DNA of 20,000 bases, taken from positions 52,968 through 72,967 of IMG/VR virus record IMGVR_UViG_3300021960_000053; one strand, given 5' to 3'. A program made the position numbers and the translations under genes. The stretch comes from an uncultured virus (IMG/VR IMGVR_UViG_3300021960_000053) (lineage: Duplodnaviria > Heunggongvirae > Uroviricota > Caudoviricetes). The notes beneath the pieces were generated by a model, which made no database searches, had not been told where the DNA came from, and saw only the letters and a list, made by a program, of their open reading frames with translations. This document shows, in pieces, positions 1 to 8,793 of this stretch (position 1 is the first letter of the stretch; each line of letters opens with the position of its first letter).

Positions 1-355
1 TCTTACCGTTACCAGACAGACCAGTGATAAAAGCAGGATAGAAAATGCCGCTCTGAATGATCTTTTTAATATCAGCAAAATTACCAAACTTGACGAAGGT
101 ATCATCTTTTTGGGGAACAAGGTTTTGCTCTACAGCAGGCAAAGCAGCTGGTGCATGGAAACTCTGCTCAAGTTTTTCTTGCACAGTTAGATTCCAAACA
201 CCACGCTTAACTTTATACTGATCAAGTTTCTTAGTTGCGGTTGGATAAGAAATGCCCTGAGCAGCGCAATACCCACGGACATCAGCAGCAGTGATGTGAT
301 CTCCGAAGGCATCACGGAGAGAGTTAGCAAGTTGTTCGGAGGACAAGCGAGGCAT
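1..355 (-). CDS. cobS: MoxR-type AAA+ ATPase (cyanophage 'CobS'), 5' part; runs off the window
   Basis: Not in ORF track. Manual translation from ATG at 355: MPRLSSEQLANSLRDAFG...VKRGVWNL...NLVPQKDDTFVKFGNFADIKKIIQSGIFYPAFITGLSGNGK, ending in a Walker A motif; AAGGA RBS upstream; follows a vWA gene. Confidence 0.9.
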   Translation of the reverse strand, partial: MPRLSSEQLANSLRDAFGDHITAADVRGYCAAQGISYPTATKKLDQYKVKRGVWNLTVQEKLEQSFHAPAALPAVEQNLVPQKDDTFVKFGNFADIKKIIQSGIFYPAFITGLSGNGK

Positions 356-379
356 TGTGATTTCCTTTGGTATGTATAC

Positions 380-424
380 ATTATAACCCAGAGTAATCGG
401 TCAGGAGACCTCTGGTGGACAGTT
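380..424 (-). promoter_or_regulatory. Putative early/middle promoter of cobS (AACTGTCCAC-N29-TATAAT)
   Basis: Minus strand reads AACTGTCCAC CAGAGGTCTCCTGACCGATTACTCTGGGT TATAAT GTATACA; perfect -10 in an intergenic gap, no canonical -35 at 17 nt. Confidence 0.6.
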
Positions 425-426
425 CA

Positions 427-2532
427 TCAAGCGACCAGTTGAATGAATTCGTTTAAGACACGCTTGTTCATTTTTTTGTTCGCTAGAGACTTCTTAAATG
501 CGCTCTTAATTTGAGACTTAGATGCATCATCCGATACTTCAAATTCAGAACTTTGAGAAAGAACTTGGTTACCAAGAACAAAGTATGAGTGATACCCACC
601 GTTCTTAATCACAAATGATTTGTCTTTCTTCCATTGATTACGCATCTTTTGCTGCTCATCATATTCGTTTTCATACTGGAAGATCATGTTGTTGTAACTA
701 GATCCACCACCAATGATACGGAATCCGATGAAGTTTACTTCTGGGAAAGTTGACTTCAAATCATTGAGCATAGATTTGGTGAATTGATGATAGATGCAGG
801 AAAGACGAGTCAGTTCTCCAGTTTTAAGATTACGAAGGAAAGTACTGTCACTAACCCTACGATTACGAATCTGTGGATTACCTTCCCAGTCACGCTGGAG
901 CATAATAGTACGAGAAGGAATAGATGCCTCTCCGTCAGTAAGAACAACACAGTTTACTTTCTCCACTCCAGTCTTCTTTTTAAACTGAGGAAGAATGTAA
1001 TGAAGGGTGATCAATGCTTCATTCAAAGGAGTTCCTGACAGATACATCTGGGGAGGACAGAAACCATAGTGACTGGTAAATGAATGAGCGATTGCCCAAA
1101 TGTTTTGCATTTGCTTCTCTGCAACAGAATTCTTTACCTTGCTGGTAAGGATATTAAGCATGGAGAATTCATCGGAGACATAGAGTTTGTCTTCTTCCTT
1201 TGGATTATTTGGCACACGACCAGATTTATAATTCCACTCGTTAGTGAAAGCATAAACATCGTAAGGAATACCAACTTTCCTGCAGAACCAAATCAAGTTA
1301 TAAAGTTGCTTAAGAGTGGGGACAAGAATGTCTGCCATGGATCCAGACCAATCAAGCACAAATACAAGTCCGTGATTTTTTCCGTCTGGCAGAATGGTTA
1401 CTTTCTTGAACAGATCTTCATTGTACTTATAGGTATGAAGTTTGCTGCAATCAAGCACACCAGTTCTACTCACACTAGCACGAGCATAAGCAGTGGCAGA
1501 TTTCTTACACTCAAACTCCTTCACAAGATAACTGACTTCTTTTGCAGCTTCTTTCTTAAAGGATTGATAAGATTCTTTATGGGTAACATCATAATCCATA
1601 TGGATGAACCTTTCTTTAAAATCGCCAAAGCAGCAATCAATATACTCATGAATCATGTCGGAAGAGACGATAACATGATCAAGATCGAGTTTAGGAATAG
1701 TCACATAAGAGATGAAACTATCACTCATGTTTGCAAGTTGACGCAACTTATCTTCTAAAGAAGTCACGGTCTTTGCTTCAGTCTCATCTACGGGACTATC
1801 GCCAAGTTCTTCATCTTCGTTGGCATTGTTTTCTTCGTTGGCATTATCGTTGTCATTCTCCTCATCAGAATCGCCTGATTGCTGCCCAGACTGTTGCTGC
1901 TGAGGTTGGGGTTCTTGCTCTTCTTCGGCACCTTCCTCGCCCTCCTGAGGGGGAGGAGAAGTGATATTTGCCTCAGGGGTCATTTCCTTGGCATACTCAT
2001 TCATCAAACGAGCTGCTTCCAGAGCATCATCAAACGACTCAGCATCTGCAATAGCATTGATGATTTCCATCTCTTTCCCACGGTTAATGGGAATGTTGAT
2101 ATAGTTGCCGATCTTGAACCAGAGGTTTGCACGATCAGCAAACGACATTTTAGAGAAGTCTACACCTTCTAGTTCAAAGAAGTCTTGATCTTGAAGTTGA
2201 CTATATCCACGAGAAAAAGTTTTGTTCAGACCAGCATAACGACGCTTCATCAACTTTTCGATGCGAGCGTCTTCAGTGATATTGACAAAACTGTGGGGGA
2301 CATTTTTCCACTTATCTTCCTTCTGCCAATCACGGGAGTCTGTGAACAGTGCATGACCAACCTCGTGCGAGACGAGAAGATCATAAACAGACTCGGACGA
2401 GATATTCCATACTGGCAAAGTCAAGACGCGACGCACAACATCGAACTGAGCGGTCTCCACATTGCGATGCTCGATGAGAAGGTTCTCGGTAGCGAGCAGT
2501 TTAGCAAGTTTGCCTTTGACTTCGTGCAGCAT
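427..2532 (-). CDS. Zincin-motif putative metallopeptidase fused to C-terminal vWA domain (CobT-like partner of the AAA+ ATPase)
   Basis: HEVGH (HExxH) followed by NITEDARIE; acidic linker; vWA MIDAS motifs VLDWSGSM, SGTPL, VLTDGE; strong RBS AGGAGG. Confidence 0.85.
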   Translation of the reverse strand: MLHEVKGKLAKLLATENLLIEHRNVETAQFDVVRRVLTLPVWNISSESVYDLLVSHEVGHALFTDSRDWQKEDKWKNVPHSFVNITEDARIEKLMKRRYAGLNKTFSRGYSQLQDQDFFELEGVDFSKMSFADRANLWFKIGNYINIPINRGKEMEIINAIADAESFDDALEAARLMNEYAKEMTPEANITSPPPQEGEEGAEEEQEPQPQQQQSGQQSGDSDEENDNDNANEENNANEDEELGDSPVDETEAKTVTSLEDKLRQLANMSDSFISYVTIPKLDLDHVIVSSDMIHEYIDCCFGDFKERFIHMDYDVTHKESYQSFKKEAAKEVSYLVKEFECKKSATAYARASVSRTGVLDCSKLHTYKYNEDLFKKVTILPDGKNHGLVFVLDWSGSMADILVPTLKQLYNLIWFCRKVGIPYDVYAFTNEWNYKSGRVPNNPKEEDKLYVSDEFSMLNILTSKVKNSVAEKQMQNIWAIAHSFTSHYGFCPPQMYLSGTPLNEALITLHYILPQFKKKTGVEKVNCVVLTDGEASIPSRTIMLQRDWEGNPQIRNRRVSDSTFLRNLKTGELTRLSCIYHQFTKSMLNDLKSTFPEVNFIGFRIIGGGSSYNNMIFQYENEYDEQQKMRNQWKKDKSFVIKNGGYHSYFVLGNQVLSQSSEFEVSDDASKSQIKSAFKKSLANKKMNKRVLNEFIQLVA

Positions 2533-2701
2533 GGATCTCCTCCTGTATGCACCTATTATAAGACCCCCGACGCTGGTCGGAGGTCTTGGTGTGACGCTTT
2601 TTAAATTGTCTTAGCCTTGCTTTTGCTTGCCTCAATGCTTGAGGTTTTAAGTGGCGCTTTTGTTCTTTTTTAGAATGGTGCTGCCAGTTTGGCGTGTTCA
2701 T
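2501..2701 (-). CDS. Small basic hypothetical protein (MNTPNWQHHSKK...)
   Basis: 66-aa Lys/Arg-rich ORF starting just after the g46 stop; N-terminus resembles a small cyanomyovirus protein I recall at this locus. Confidence 0.65.
   Translation of the reverse strand: MNTPNWQHHSKKEQKRHLKPQALRQAKARLRQFKKRHTKTSDQRRGSYNRCIQEEIHAARSQRQTC
2555..2599 (-). promoter_or_regulatory. Putative early/middle promoter of the peptidase-vWA gene, with 12-bp inverted repeat
   Basis: Minus strand AAGCGTCACA-N29-TATAAT; spacer holds AAGACCTCCGAC-CAGC-GTCGGGGGTCTT (2560-2587). Confidence 0.6.
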
Positions 2702-2723
2702 TGCCCTATGGCGATGGATTGAC

Positions 2724-4454
2724 CTAGGATTCTACCACATTCTTTTCGTTCTTAAAAGAGAATCCGCCTTTTTTAGTGAACTCAATCACATTATTAAACT
2801 TATCGAGCATGTCTCCTTTGTGAGAGATGACAAAGGTGTTAGCGTCTTGAATGACATACCTAATAATCTTAGTAAATTCGTCTGTACCAACAGTATCAAG
2901 AGAACTGTCAAAGACTTCATCTAGGATGAGGAGGTTTGTGTTTGCTGAGTTTTTGAACCTGGCAACTTCCCTCCATGCGAAAAGAAGTGCCAGGTCGATT
3001 CTCATCTTCTCCCCCTCAGAGAATGAGGAATAAGTGAAGTTGTCGTGAACAGGACTTTGAATGGTCTCATTAAACTCTTCATCAAGATGGAAGTTAATAT
3101 AAAAGTCCATCATCTGAAGATAACGATTAACTTGTTTGTTGATAAGAGGCAAGTACTTTTTGATAATCTTTGCCTTGACTCCACCATCTTTAAGCAGTGA
3201 ATAAGCAAAGTCGTTATACTTTACTTCCTCGTTTTTATCAGCAAGTTTACCGTAAATTACCTGAAGATCATTCTTGAATCCTTCTAACTTCTCATGCTCA
3301 GAATTTCTGTTTTGTAGCTGACTGGTAAGAGTTTGAATTTCTGATTGTAGATCTCCGACCTGTCGCTGATACCCAGCAATCCGAACATTGTTTTGAGAAA
3401 TGTCATGCGTTAGATTCGTAACCTCCGAGGACAGTTTAGTGAAAAGACGCTCTCTGTTTTCCTCTTCCTTTATCGACTCCTCCAGTTTTGTAAAACCTTC
3501 TCTGAGTTCCTTTGCTTTATTTTGAGCGTCTGTAATTTTATTTAGACGGAATTCTTCCTCAATCGATTGGGTGCAAGTGGGGCATACCGTATTCTCTGTG
3601 AAGAACTGATGTTCTTTAGTAATCGTTGTAACTTTCTGTGAAATTTTGCCTCTAAGATTTCCCAACTTACGAAGTTGTTGTGTGGAATTTTTGACAGACT
3701 CCATCTCTTCAGTTAAGGATTCAATCTTTTTAGAGATATCCTCATTCTTTGTATTAAGAACTCCAGAGTCAAAGCAGAGTTTTTCAATCTTTAGTTTATC
3801 TTCTTCAATTCTAGTTTTGTGACGATTTTCAAGGTCCTCAATAAAACCTTCTTGCATCTTAATCTTATCCTTGACATTTTCTTTCTTCAAGGTCAGACTC
3901 TTAATAACCTCCTTAGACTGCCGTATTTCCTCCTTGAGGATGTTGTTCATGGCAGAGAAGATACGAATATCCAAAAGGTCCTCAATGACCTCTCTACGGT
4001 GCGCCTGGGCGAGTTGCATGAACGGCACAAAGTTACTGCTACCCAGGATAACAATCTGAGTGAAAGACTTATAATTTAGTTTGAGGATTTGATCTTCCAG
4101 AATCTTCTGATTGGCACGATCATCTGCCTCTTTATTTTTCATTTCACCATTTACCAGGATATCAAACACATTTGGTTTGATACCACGACGAACGACATAT
4201 TGCTTGGGACCGACTGAGAACTCAACTTCTACCAAACATCCTTTTTCGTTGGTACTGTTCACCAACTGAGGTTTGTTAATCTTACGATACGGTTTGTTGA
4301 ACAAAGCAAAACACAACGCATCAAGCATTGTCGATTTACCAGCACCATTAGTTCCAACAACTAAAGTAGTTGAGGATTTGTTCAGAGCGATTTCAGTCCA
4401 CTGGTCTCCAGTAGAGAGAAAGTTTTTCCATCTAAGTTTTTCAAATGTTATCAT
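2724..4454 (-). CDS. g46: gp46 recombination endonuclease subunit (Rad50/SbcC-like ATPase)
   Basis: KNFLSTG, Walker A GTNGAGKST, CPTC zinc hook in coiled coil, signature FSEGE, Walker B LILDEVFD, H-loop VISH. Confidence 0.96.
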   Translation of the reverse strand: MITFEKLRWKNFLSTGDQWTEIALNKSSTTLVVGTNGAGKSTMLDALCFALFNKPYRKINKPQLVNSTNEKGCLVEVEFSVGPKQYVVRRGIKPNVFDILVNGEMKNKEADDRANQKILEDQILKLNYKSFTQIVILGSSNFVPFMQLAQAHRREVIEDLLDIRIFSAMNNILKEEIRQSKEVIKSLTLKKENVKDKIKMQEGFIEDLENRHKTRIEEDKLKIEKLCFDSGVLNTKNEDISKKIESLTEEMESVKNSTQQLRKLGNLRGKISQKVTTITKEHQFFTENTVCPTCTQSIEEEFRLNKITDAQNKAKELREGFTKLEESIKEEENRERLFTKLSSEVTNLTHDISQNNVRIAGYQRQVGDLQSEIQTLTSQLQNRNSEHEKLEGFKNDLQVIYGKLADKNEEVKYNDFAYSLLKDGGVKAKIIKKYLPLINKQVNRYLQMMDFYINFHLDEEFNETIQSPVHDNFTYSSFSEGEKMRIDLALLFAWREVARFKNSANTNLLILDEVFDSSLDTVGTDEFTKIIRYVIQDANTFVISHKGDMLDKFNNVIEFTKKGGFSFKNEKNVVES

Positions 4455-4710
4455 CTTGAAATGGCGGGATCACAATGTCCTCAGAGGTAATAATAGTGTA
4501 CTTGTAATTATACATCTCACACGCTTTTATTGCAACCTCTTCGTCAACTTCAACAGTCATCATCTCTACGCCATGATCTTCTTCTAGTTGCATGGCATAT
4601 CTTTCAGCGTCGTCCTCTTCTTCAAACATGAAAAGAACTTTATCACCACTCTTATCTTTTACAGCGTAAGCACCTTCGTCTTTTTTATTTTTTTCCGACA
4701 GCAGAAACAT
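4441..4710 (-). CDS. Acidic hypothetical protein, possibly DUF3110-like
   Basis: 89 aa overlapping both g47 stop and g46 start; GAYAV...VLFMFEEEDDAERYAMQL motif. Confidence 0.8.
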   Translation of the reverse strand: MFLLSEKNKKDEGAYAVKDKSGDKVLFMFEEEDDAERYAMQLEEDHGVEMMTVEVDEEVAIKACEMYNYKYTIITSEDIVIPPFQDDNI

Positions 4711-5762
4711 TACTCAACTTCACACGCTTTAGTGTATAGGGAACCAAAAAGTGTTTTGACTTTAGACTTGTCAATCTCCACTTCTGCTTCTTCAATATAT
4801 CTATTCAAAATAGAAATAGTGTTTTCTTCTTCGCTGATTTCGGATTCTTCTCCATGCAACCAACCTTGGTTGTAATCAAAGTTCTCGATGATCTTTAATT
4901 CTTCAACACCAACGGTGTAAAGTTTATCAATAAATTTCTCAAAATCTTTGGGTTTAGTTTTCTTACGAACGATTACCTTTACAATTTTACCAGCATATTC
5001 TGCTGCATTGAACATCTGATGGGGAGTATCCTCATAGTAGATGTTATAGAACATGTGGTTAGGATTATCAACTGGGGTCAACTCATATGACTCAGTATCA
5101 AAGATATGAAATCCTCTGGGATCGTTGACATCATTCCAATACAGTTCGTAAGGATTTCCGAGATAGAAGATCTGACCATCACTACTACGAGTGTGATAGT
5201 GTCCAGAAAAGACACGATCAAACTTTCTCAAGTAATCTGCTTCATATCCACGATCTTGAGTGAAGCCACGATAAGCAGCAAACCCGTTCAATTCAAGGTG
5301 ACCAACCGCAACCTTTGCCTTACTCTTCTTAATGGCATTCATTGTCTGCTGTTCATTTTCCTTGTTAATCCAAGCAATGAAAGCAAACTTAGTTCCACCA
5401 ATTACATGTTCGGCATAGTCAGTGATAGGGACGATATTATCATACTCTCGTAAAAGTAAATCAACTGTGTTAACTGAGTTATTGTTTTTGTAGTAGGCAG
5501 TGTGATTACCCACAACAGTGTACACAGTAATTCCCATATCGCGGAGACGGTTGTAGTAATTCTCTTTAGCCCATTTAAGAGACCAGAGATCAATGCTTCT
5601 CCTATTGTCGAAAGTATCGCCCATATCGATAACAGTTGTGATACCTTCTCGATCAAGCGTAGGAAAAAAAGTCCCATCGTAGAATTTTGCAAAGTAGTCA
5701 TGAAAGAGTTTGCTACCCTTTCTTGCTCCAAAATGTTGATCAGTGATGATTGCGATTTTCAT
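4710..5762 (-). CDS. g47: gp47 recombination endonuclease subunit (Mre11/SbcD-like)
   Basis: Phosphoesterase motifs TDQHFG, GDTFD, GNH, GHL, SGHYH; next to g46. Confidence 0.96.
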   Translation of the reverse strand: MKIAIITDQHFGARKGSKLFHDYFAKFYDGTFFPTLDREGITTVIDMGDTFDNRRSIDLWSLKWAKENYYNRLRDMGITVYTVVGNHTAYYKNNNSVNTVDLLLREYDNIVPITDYAEHVIGGTKFAFIAWINKENEQQTMNAIKKSKAKVAVGHLELNGFAAYRGFTQDRGYEADYLRKFDRVFSGHYHTRSSDGQIFYLGNPYELYWNDVNDPRGFHIFDTESYELTPVDNPNHMFYNIYYEDTPHQMFNAAEYAGKIVKVIVRKKTKPKDFEKFIDKLYTVGVEELKIIENFDYNQGWLHGEESEISEEENTISILNRYIEEAEVEIDKSKVKTLFGSLYTKACEVE

Positions 5763-5874
5763 CTTCAGTACCTTTTTCTAAATCACGAAGTCTTTTACGC
5801 CAGTATTCATTTTCATTATCAGTCTCACGCTCTTCTGCTTCATCAAACATGTAGTCTGGATAAGGTTGGGTCAT
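5740..5874 (-). CDS. Small charged hypothetical protein (44 aa)
   Basis: Manual translation MTQPYPDYMFDEAEERETDNENEYWRKRLRDLEKGTEDENRNHH*; ATGA overlap with g55 stop; fills the g55-g47 gap. Confidence 0.7.
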   Translation of the reverse strand: MTQPYPDYMFDEAEERETDNENEYWRKRLRDLEKGTEDENRNHH

Positions 5875-6344
5875 CGACTTGTCCTGTACTGAATGTTGTC
5901 TTTGATCGTATTATAGTCACTTGCCATGCCGTTTGCACCATCTTCAACAACCATTACTTGATCATAACCAGTTCTCTCAATAATTTTGGTTTTGATTTCT
6001 AACTGCTTCTTCTCCTTTTGGATTCTACGAAGGAAAGCATAGTAAATGATCTGAGTAAAATATGCAAACGGGTTATTAGATTTCTCAGGATCAAAATTAT
6101 GTATGTACTGAACGCAGTTCTCAATTCCATCACCGATCATATCCTCTCTGAACATGTAGTTCACGAAGTTGGGTTTGTATGAAAGGTGTGTTGCGATCTT
6201 CAAAAAACAATCGCCCAAATAGTTACTGATCGGAGGTGGTGGAGTACCCTTTTCCTTTGCTTTCCTGCACTTGATGCGATACTCCACCATTGCGTCTAGC
6301 AAGTCTTTGTTATTTACATAGTGCTCCGATCTCTTTTTGGGCAT
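5871..6344 (-). CDS. g55: gp55 late-transcription sigma factor
   Basis: HYVNNK, YKPNFVNYMFREDMIGDGIENC, NFDPEKSNNPFAYFTQIIYYAFLRRIQKEKKQ. Confidence 0.96.
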   Translation of the reverse strand: MPKKRSEHYVNNKDLLDAMVEYRIKCRKAKEKGTPPPPISNYLGDCFLKIATHLSYKPNFVNYMFREDMIGDGIENCVQYIHNFDPEKSNNPFAYFTQIIYYAFLRRIQKEKKQLEIKTKIIERTGYDQVMVVEDGANGMASDYNTIKDNIQYRTSR

Positions 6345-6367
6345 ATTGTGTGTTAATTCGTGTATAC

Positions 6368-6396
6368 ATTATAGCACAGCTTGACAAAGGTGTCAC
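6368..6396 (-). promoter_or_regulatory. sigma70-type promoter of g55
   Basis: GTGACA-N17-TATAAT with extended -10 (TGcTATAAT). Confidence 0.75.
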
Positions 6397-6409
6397 TCAT
6401 GAGTAGAAT
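6381..6409 (+). promoter_or_regulatory. Divergent/antisense sigma70-type promoter
   Basis: TTGACA(6381-6386)-N17-TAGAAT(6404-6409), 11/12 match to consensus. Confidence 0.6.
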
Positions 6410-6458
6410 AACTTTGTCGAAGTTCAGAGAAACTATAGCTTAGCTTTAATCTTTAAGA

Positions 6459-6896
6459 TTATACATGAGTAGCAATCCCTGCTTTCGGGTCTTGCTCCAG
6501 TTTAAATAGAGATTCTAATTTTTCTTTTGCTTTTGTTACATTACCTAAGTAACCCATCTTTTCGGAGGGTCTTACTCTTTTACCACCTACGGATCTGATT
6601 CCACCACTTGTTCTATCTTCAGCTTGATCAATAAGATAGTTAATGTAGTAGTCAACCATATCATTGTCTTCATCAACTTCTGTCATTGTGATGACTTTAT
6701 CTTTATCGATGAAGAAAAACTGATCGTTTGGAACATGCATCCATGGTTCCACTCTAATATAAGAACCCCTAGGTCCATGAACAGGTTGAATACAAACTGG
6801 ATCTTGCAGGATCAGGGTATGTTCTTCTGCAGAAGTAATTGCAAATAACTCTTCTCCAGAGACCAACTTTATACTTGCGTAAAACTCTTCAGTCAT
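6459..6896 (-). CDS. Conserved hypothetical protein between uvsW and g55 (possible Sm-like beta fold)
   Basis: 145 aa; IKLVSGEELF, LILQDP, PWM motifs; ATGA overlap with uvsW stop. Confidence 0.8.
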   Translation of the reverse strand: MTEEFYASIKLVSGEELFAITSAEEHTLILQDPVCIQPVHGPRGSYIRVEPWMHVPNDQFFFIDKDKVITMTEVDEDNDMVDYYINYLIDQAEDRTSGGIRSVGGKRVRPSEKMGYLGNVTKAKEKLESLFKLEQDPKAGIATHV

Positions 6897-8362
6897 TCTT
6901 TTTTCCTCAGATTGATGGTTACCATGTCATAATGAAATTTCTCTTCGTTGTAAATTTTTATGCGTTCGATGAGATGATTCAATGTGTAATTTCTTTTTGA
7001 TCTGTAGGTGCAGTCATCTGCAATGTCGTATAAAGTTGCACTAAACTTATTTGCACCTTTTCTTAGCACTCTCCCAATTGATTGGAGATTTCTTATCCTT
7101 GATTTTGAAGGAGAGGCAAAGATTACATTGTGTAAATTCTTGATGTTGATGCCTGTGGAAAATGTTCCGTAAGAGGCAACAATGATGGAGTTTTTTTCGT
7201 TTTCGATAATGGAACGGGCTAGTTCTCTGTCCTCAACATCGACCCCTCCATGAATAAAGAAGACCTTTCGATTGGTCTCAATATTTGTATTTATTAAATC
7301 GAAAAGTACCCTACCATGATCTTCGACTCTGTTAAACAAAACGAGAGTATTACCTGGGAGATCAATAGCAAGATTTTTAATGAAGTTGTTTCTTTGTTCA
7401 TGCTTAATCAAGTATTCGATTTCATCTAGATAGGAATCAAAAACTCTCTCATCATGCTTAAGTAAAAGGATCTTTGCATTGAGTTTTGCAAGGTATCCCT
7501 TATTCATTAATTCTTCTGTACGAATCAATTTATAAGATGGACCAAACAGTCCTTCTAACACCCATTTATGAGTTTGAGTTCCATCAAGAGTTCCAGTAAA
7601 ACCAAAACGATATTTTGCTTGATGTAACTTTGTCATGATCTGTGTCAAAGACTTTGCTTTGAACAGGTGTGCTTCATCACCAATGACTACATTAAATCTT
7701 TCAAAGTAACTCTTTTCTAACTTATAGATAGATTGCCAAGTAGTAATAACGACAGGTGCTTTTGCCTCTCGTTCACGACCAGCATAAATCTTATGGCAAT
7801 ACGATGAAGCGTCCCATCCATACTCCTCAAAGTCCTTATACATCTGCTCTACCAGAGATGTCGTTGGAACAACTAGGAGGATATTTTGTTTGCGCTCTGT
7901 ATAGTACCTCACGATTGAGTAAATCATCAAAGATTTGCCAGAGGCTGTTGGGCTTATCACTAACCTTCTATTGTGTCTTAGAGCACCGTATACTCCCTCT
8001 ATTTGATAGTCTCTCGGAGGATGCTTAGCAATAGACTTCATGTAGTCTTTGACTCCTTCCTTAGAGATAAATTCATTCTCTTCATAAGGAGTTCCGTAGA
8101 ACTTACTATCAACAAACTCATATTCATATCCATGCCTCTGACAGAAAGAGACAAGTTTATCTAACAGACCAACATATAATTCTCTGGTGTGAGTAGAGAA
8201 CAATCTAATCTTTCCATCCCAATATCTTTTACGATACTGGTTCATGTACTTTGCTCCTTCGATATCAAAGGAGAAGTGATCTGCTAGTTCCTGATAGACA
8301 TGAGGTTCTGATTCAATCTTCAGATAAACCTCATTCTTTTTGGATATGACAAGTTTGCTCAT
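6893..8362 (-). CDS. uvsW: UvsW SF2 helicase
   Basis: Q motif RDYQ, Walker A SPTASGKS, DEAH, TGT, QSIGRVLR; start moved to ATG at 8362 (MSKLVISKKNE) just after uvsY stop. Confidence 0.95.
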   Translation of the reverse strand: MSKLVISKKNEVYLKIESEPHVYQELADHFSFDIEGAKYMNQYRKRYWDGKIRLFSTHTRELYVGLLDKLVSFCQRHGYEYEFVDSKFYGTPYEENEFISKEGVKDYMKSIAKHPPRDYQIEGVYGALRHNRRLVISPTASGKSLMIYSIVRYYTERKQNILLVVPTTSLVEQMYKDFEEYGWDASSYCHKIYAGREREAKAPVVITTWQSIYKLEKSYFERFNVVIGDEAHLFKAKSLTQIMTKLHQAKYRFGFTGTLDGTQTHKWVLEGLFGPSYKLIRTEELMNKGYLAKLNAKILLLKHDERVFDSYLDEIEYLIKHEQRNNFIKNLAIDLPGNTLVLFNRVEDHGRVLFDLINTNIETNRKVFFIHGGVDVEDRELARSIIENEKNSIIVASYGTFSTGINIKNLHNVIFASPSKSRIRNLQSIGRVLRKGANKFSATLYDIADDCTYRSKRNYTLNHLIERIKIYNEEKFHYDMVTINLRKKE

Positions 8363-8364
8363 AC

Positions 8365-8790
8365 TTACCCCGCACGGAAATTGTGCCAATCAATGATGTT
8401 CTTGATCAAATATCCTCTGTTGCTAACCTGTTTGATAATATCTTCCAGGTATGTCAACATGACATCGTAGTATTTGATTTTTAGAGTAGCAGCTTGCACC
8501 TTCTCGTCTGCTGCCATATACCGCTGAACAGCATCTTTCTCCCTTACTTTATAGGGAAACGGATCGTCCACATATACTTCTGGATTTGCTTTACCTGTGT
8601 AGTAAAGGTGACGCTCTAACTTAATTTTATTTTCTACTGTCGTTGCTCTTTCTCGCAGTAGTTTTATGTTATTATAGAGGTCGAAATACTTTGCGTGTAA
8701 GGATGGTATCTTTGCAGATTCTTCATGTAAATTATCTTGATCAATCTGTGAGTCTTTCTCCCACATACTTTGTATAGTTTCAAGATTCAT
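8365..8790 (-). CDS. uvsY: UvsY recombination mediator
   Basis: 141 aa helical protein, WEKDSQID, IPSLHAKY, RGYLIKNIIDW; synteny g3-uvsY-uvsW. Confidence 0.88.
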   Translation of the reverse strand: MNLETIQSMWEKDSQIDQDNLHEESAKIPSLHAKYFDLYNNIKLLRERATTVENKIKLERHLYYTGKANPEVYVDDPFPYKVREKDAVQRYMAADEKVQAATLKIKYYDVMLTYLEDIIKQVSNRGYLIKNIIDWHNFRAG

Positions 8791-8793
8791 AAA

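Noticed and set aside
187..381. 64-aa ORF from the track
   Set aside because: Off-frame overlap with the real cobS frame starting at 355
1814..1857. Short tandem repeat tcttcgttggcatt x2 plus a partial copy
   Set aside because: In-frame duplication encoding NANE in a disordered acidic linker; not a CRISPR or mobile-element repeat
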